From Mycobacterium tuberculosis H37Rv (lineage in GTDB: Bacteria > Actinomycetota > Actinomycetes > Mycobacteriales > Mycobacteriaceae): 32,000 nt of DNA. The notes under the pieces are model-generated. The model had not been told where the DNA came from. It did not search any database and saw only the letters and a program-made list of their open reading frames with translations. A program made the translations under genes and the position numbers. Where the stretch lies: assembly GCF_000195955.2 (NCBI RefSeq), contig NC_000962.3, positions 3,870,001 to 3,902,000 of the forward strand. Direction: 5' to 3'. Below, in pieces: positions 30,493 to 32,000 of this stretch (position 1 is its first letter; every line of letters starts with the position of its first letter).

Positions 30493-31182
30493 TCACATCG
30501 CGTGAACTCCGTTGTAGAGCAGCAGTAAACCGATCACGACCAGAATGGCCGCGACCATCCCGGCATGGTTCTTCTCCATCCAGTCTTTAAGTCGTTCCAG
30601 CGAATCGTCGAGTCGGTCACCGGCAGCCACGTAGGCCAATATCGGGATCGCGACCGTGGATGCAGCCAACATGGCAAAGAATGCCGTGTAAATCCAGGAA
30701 CCCGCGGCGCCGTGGCCGCCGCTGCCGATGGCCAATCCGGCCGCCGCGCAAATGATCAGCACCTCGGGTCTCACCACCACCAGCACGGCCCCTACCAATC
30801 CGGCGCGTGCCGGGGTGAAGCTGGCGAATGCGCGCATCCAGCCCGGCATTTCGGTGTGGCGATGCCGGGTCAGCCACCGAAGCACGCCGAACACGATCAG
30901 TGCCGACCCGAGGACCACCCGTAGCCAGGATGCCCAGGCCGGCGATGTTGTGCTCAAACCGCCAAGTGCGCCGGAGGCCGCAACAAAGACGGCGGTCACC
31001 ACGGCCAAGCCCAACAGCCAGCCGCCCAGGAAGGCCAGGCTGCTCGGCCGCGGCTGCGGCGAGTGTACGACCAGTACCGCTGGGATCACCGACAACGGCG
31101 AGAGCGCAATGACCAACGCCAGCGGCACGAGCCCGGTGAGCACGGAGACCCAATGACCTGCCACGGGCAGCAATCCTCGCAT
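30493..31182 (-). CDS. Integral membrane protein (Rv3481c), resembling Sap/GAP-type membrane proteins
   Basis: 229 aa from ATG 31182; about six hydrophobic helices (VSVLTGLVPLALVIALSPLSVIPAVLVV, FLGGWLLGLAVVTAVFVAASGALGG). Confidence 0.75.
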   Translation of the reverse strand: MRGLLPVAGHWVSVLTGLVPLALVIALSPLSVIPAVLVVHSPQPRPSSLAFLGGWLLGLAVVTAVFVAASGALGGLSTTSPAWASWLRVVLGSALIVFGVLRWLTRHRHTEMPGWMRAFASFTPARAGLVGAVLVVVRPEVLIICAAAGLAIGSGGHGAAGSWIYTAFFAMLAASTVAIPILAYVAAGDRLDDSLERLKDWMEKNHAGMVAAILVVIGLLLLYNGVHAM

Positions 31183-31323
31183 TGACACCGCCTCGGTGAC
31201 CACCGAGCGCCCCAATTCGACGAAATTGCGCGCACCCAACCGCCGTTCGGGCTGTTGATAGCCATCGCGAGACGTCGATCGCCGAAACGTACGTGCAAAG
31301 ACGGCGGCTTGGTGAGCCGACGA

Positions 31324-32000
31324 TTAACGACGCTGCCCGGCCAAACGCTCGCCCTGACAGAATTGCGACCCGAAGTCCACCGTCACGGTCGACGGCGTGC
31401 GGAACTGAGCGGCGAAGGTGAGCTGGGGATCCACCGGCGCCTGATCGAGCCCCAGTCGCTTTGTCTCGAGGTTGATCTCCACGGTATCGGGGGCAGTTCT
31501 GCGCGCATTGGTGTTCCGGTCCGGCCGCATGTTCGGCTCGGTGCCTCTGCTTTCGCCGGGCTTTCTGATGGCAAGTTCATCGGTGTCCTGCTGCGGGCCC
31601 AGCTCGGCGAACTCCTTGCCATTGTTGGCGATGGTGTAGGTCAGCAGGTAACCGGCAAAGCCCGACGCAAACGAGCCCGATGGCGACGGTGGCAGCGGCT
31701 CGGCGAATCGAACTACCAGCCGAAGGACCGCGCCTCGGGGATGCGAGACGTCCACGGAGGCCACGGTAATGGTCGCGGGCGGTGTCGGCCCGGGCCGCAA
31801 CTGGCAACTGAGTCGCTTCGGCAGCTGCGACCAGTCGTCTGGCAGCGGCCTGATCCAGGCGTAGACCGCGACACCTACCATCGTCAGCACTGCCGCGACC
31901 GGAACTGTCAACCGCAGGCCGGCCGGCATGCCCAGCCAGCGGCTCCGGAGACCGTCGACACGCAGGGCCAGCGGTGATCGTGGTGCAGAGGGGTTGGGTC
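31324..32000 (-). CDS. Membrane-anchored protein with Pro-rich N-terminus (Rv3482c), N-terminus beyond window
   Basis: Frame open on minus strand from 31324 to window end; PNPSAPRSPLALRVDGLRSRWLGMPAGLRLTVPVAAVLTMVGVAVYAWI then extracytoplasmic domain. Confidence 0.7.
   Translation of the reverse strand, partial: PNPSAPRSPLALRVDGLRSRWLGMPAGLRLTVPVAAVLTMVGVAVYAWIRPLPDDWSQLPKRLSCQLRPGPTPPATITVASVDVSHPRGAVLRLVVRFAEPLPPSPSGSFASGFAGYLLTYTIANNGKEFAELGPQQDTDELAIRKPGESRGTEPNMRPDRNTNARRTAPDTVEINLETKRLGLDQAPVDPQLTFAAQFRTPSTVTVDFGSQFCQGERLAGQRR

Overview
This ~64-65% GC window matches Mycobacterium tuberculosis complex DNA. It contains a full-length 1355-bp IS6110, PE/PPE genes and ESX-4 components, with gene order as I recall it for H37Rv Rv3449-Rv3482c. 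Left to right it holds: the 3' part of mycP4; eccB4 convergent to it; two cutinase-like genes; a cytosine/purine-permease-like (NCS1) transporter that looks split by a 1-nt frameshift; the ribosomal operon infA-rpmJ-rpsM-rpsK-rpsD-rpoA-rplQ-truA on the minus strand; an F420/LLM-type oxidoreductase; rmlB-rmlC; a frameshifted REP13E12 element (DUF222/HNH); a poorly characterised minus-strand cluster (NAD-dependent epimerase, DRE-TIM aldolase, ThDP enzyme, cupin) with a divergent SnoaL-like gene and an alpha/beta hydrolase (bpoA) interrupted by IS6110; a kgtP-like MFS transporter; PE31-PPE60; a patatin-like membrane protein; a WS/DGAT; and two membrane proteins. Main second-look items: (1) reconstruction of a single 562-aa transporter across a T-run frameshift; (2) exact mapping of IS6110 within bpoA, with a 3-bp target duplication and recovery of the severed start; (3) a diverged ~57-bp repeat encoding GH[QK]Pxxxx-F[IV]KDPxRxRA, once in the cupin gene and once between the ThDP and aldolase genes; (4) three strong GC hairpins between rpsD and rpoA; (5) the epimerase/aldolase/ThDP/cupin cluster as a possible uncharacterised pathway. 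No CRISPR array, phage or obvious defence system was seen. Locus names come from memory and sequence recognition, not database searches.
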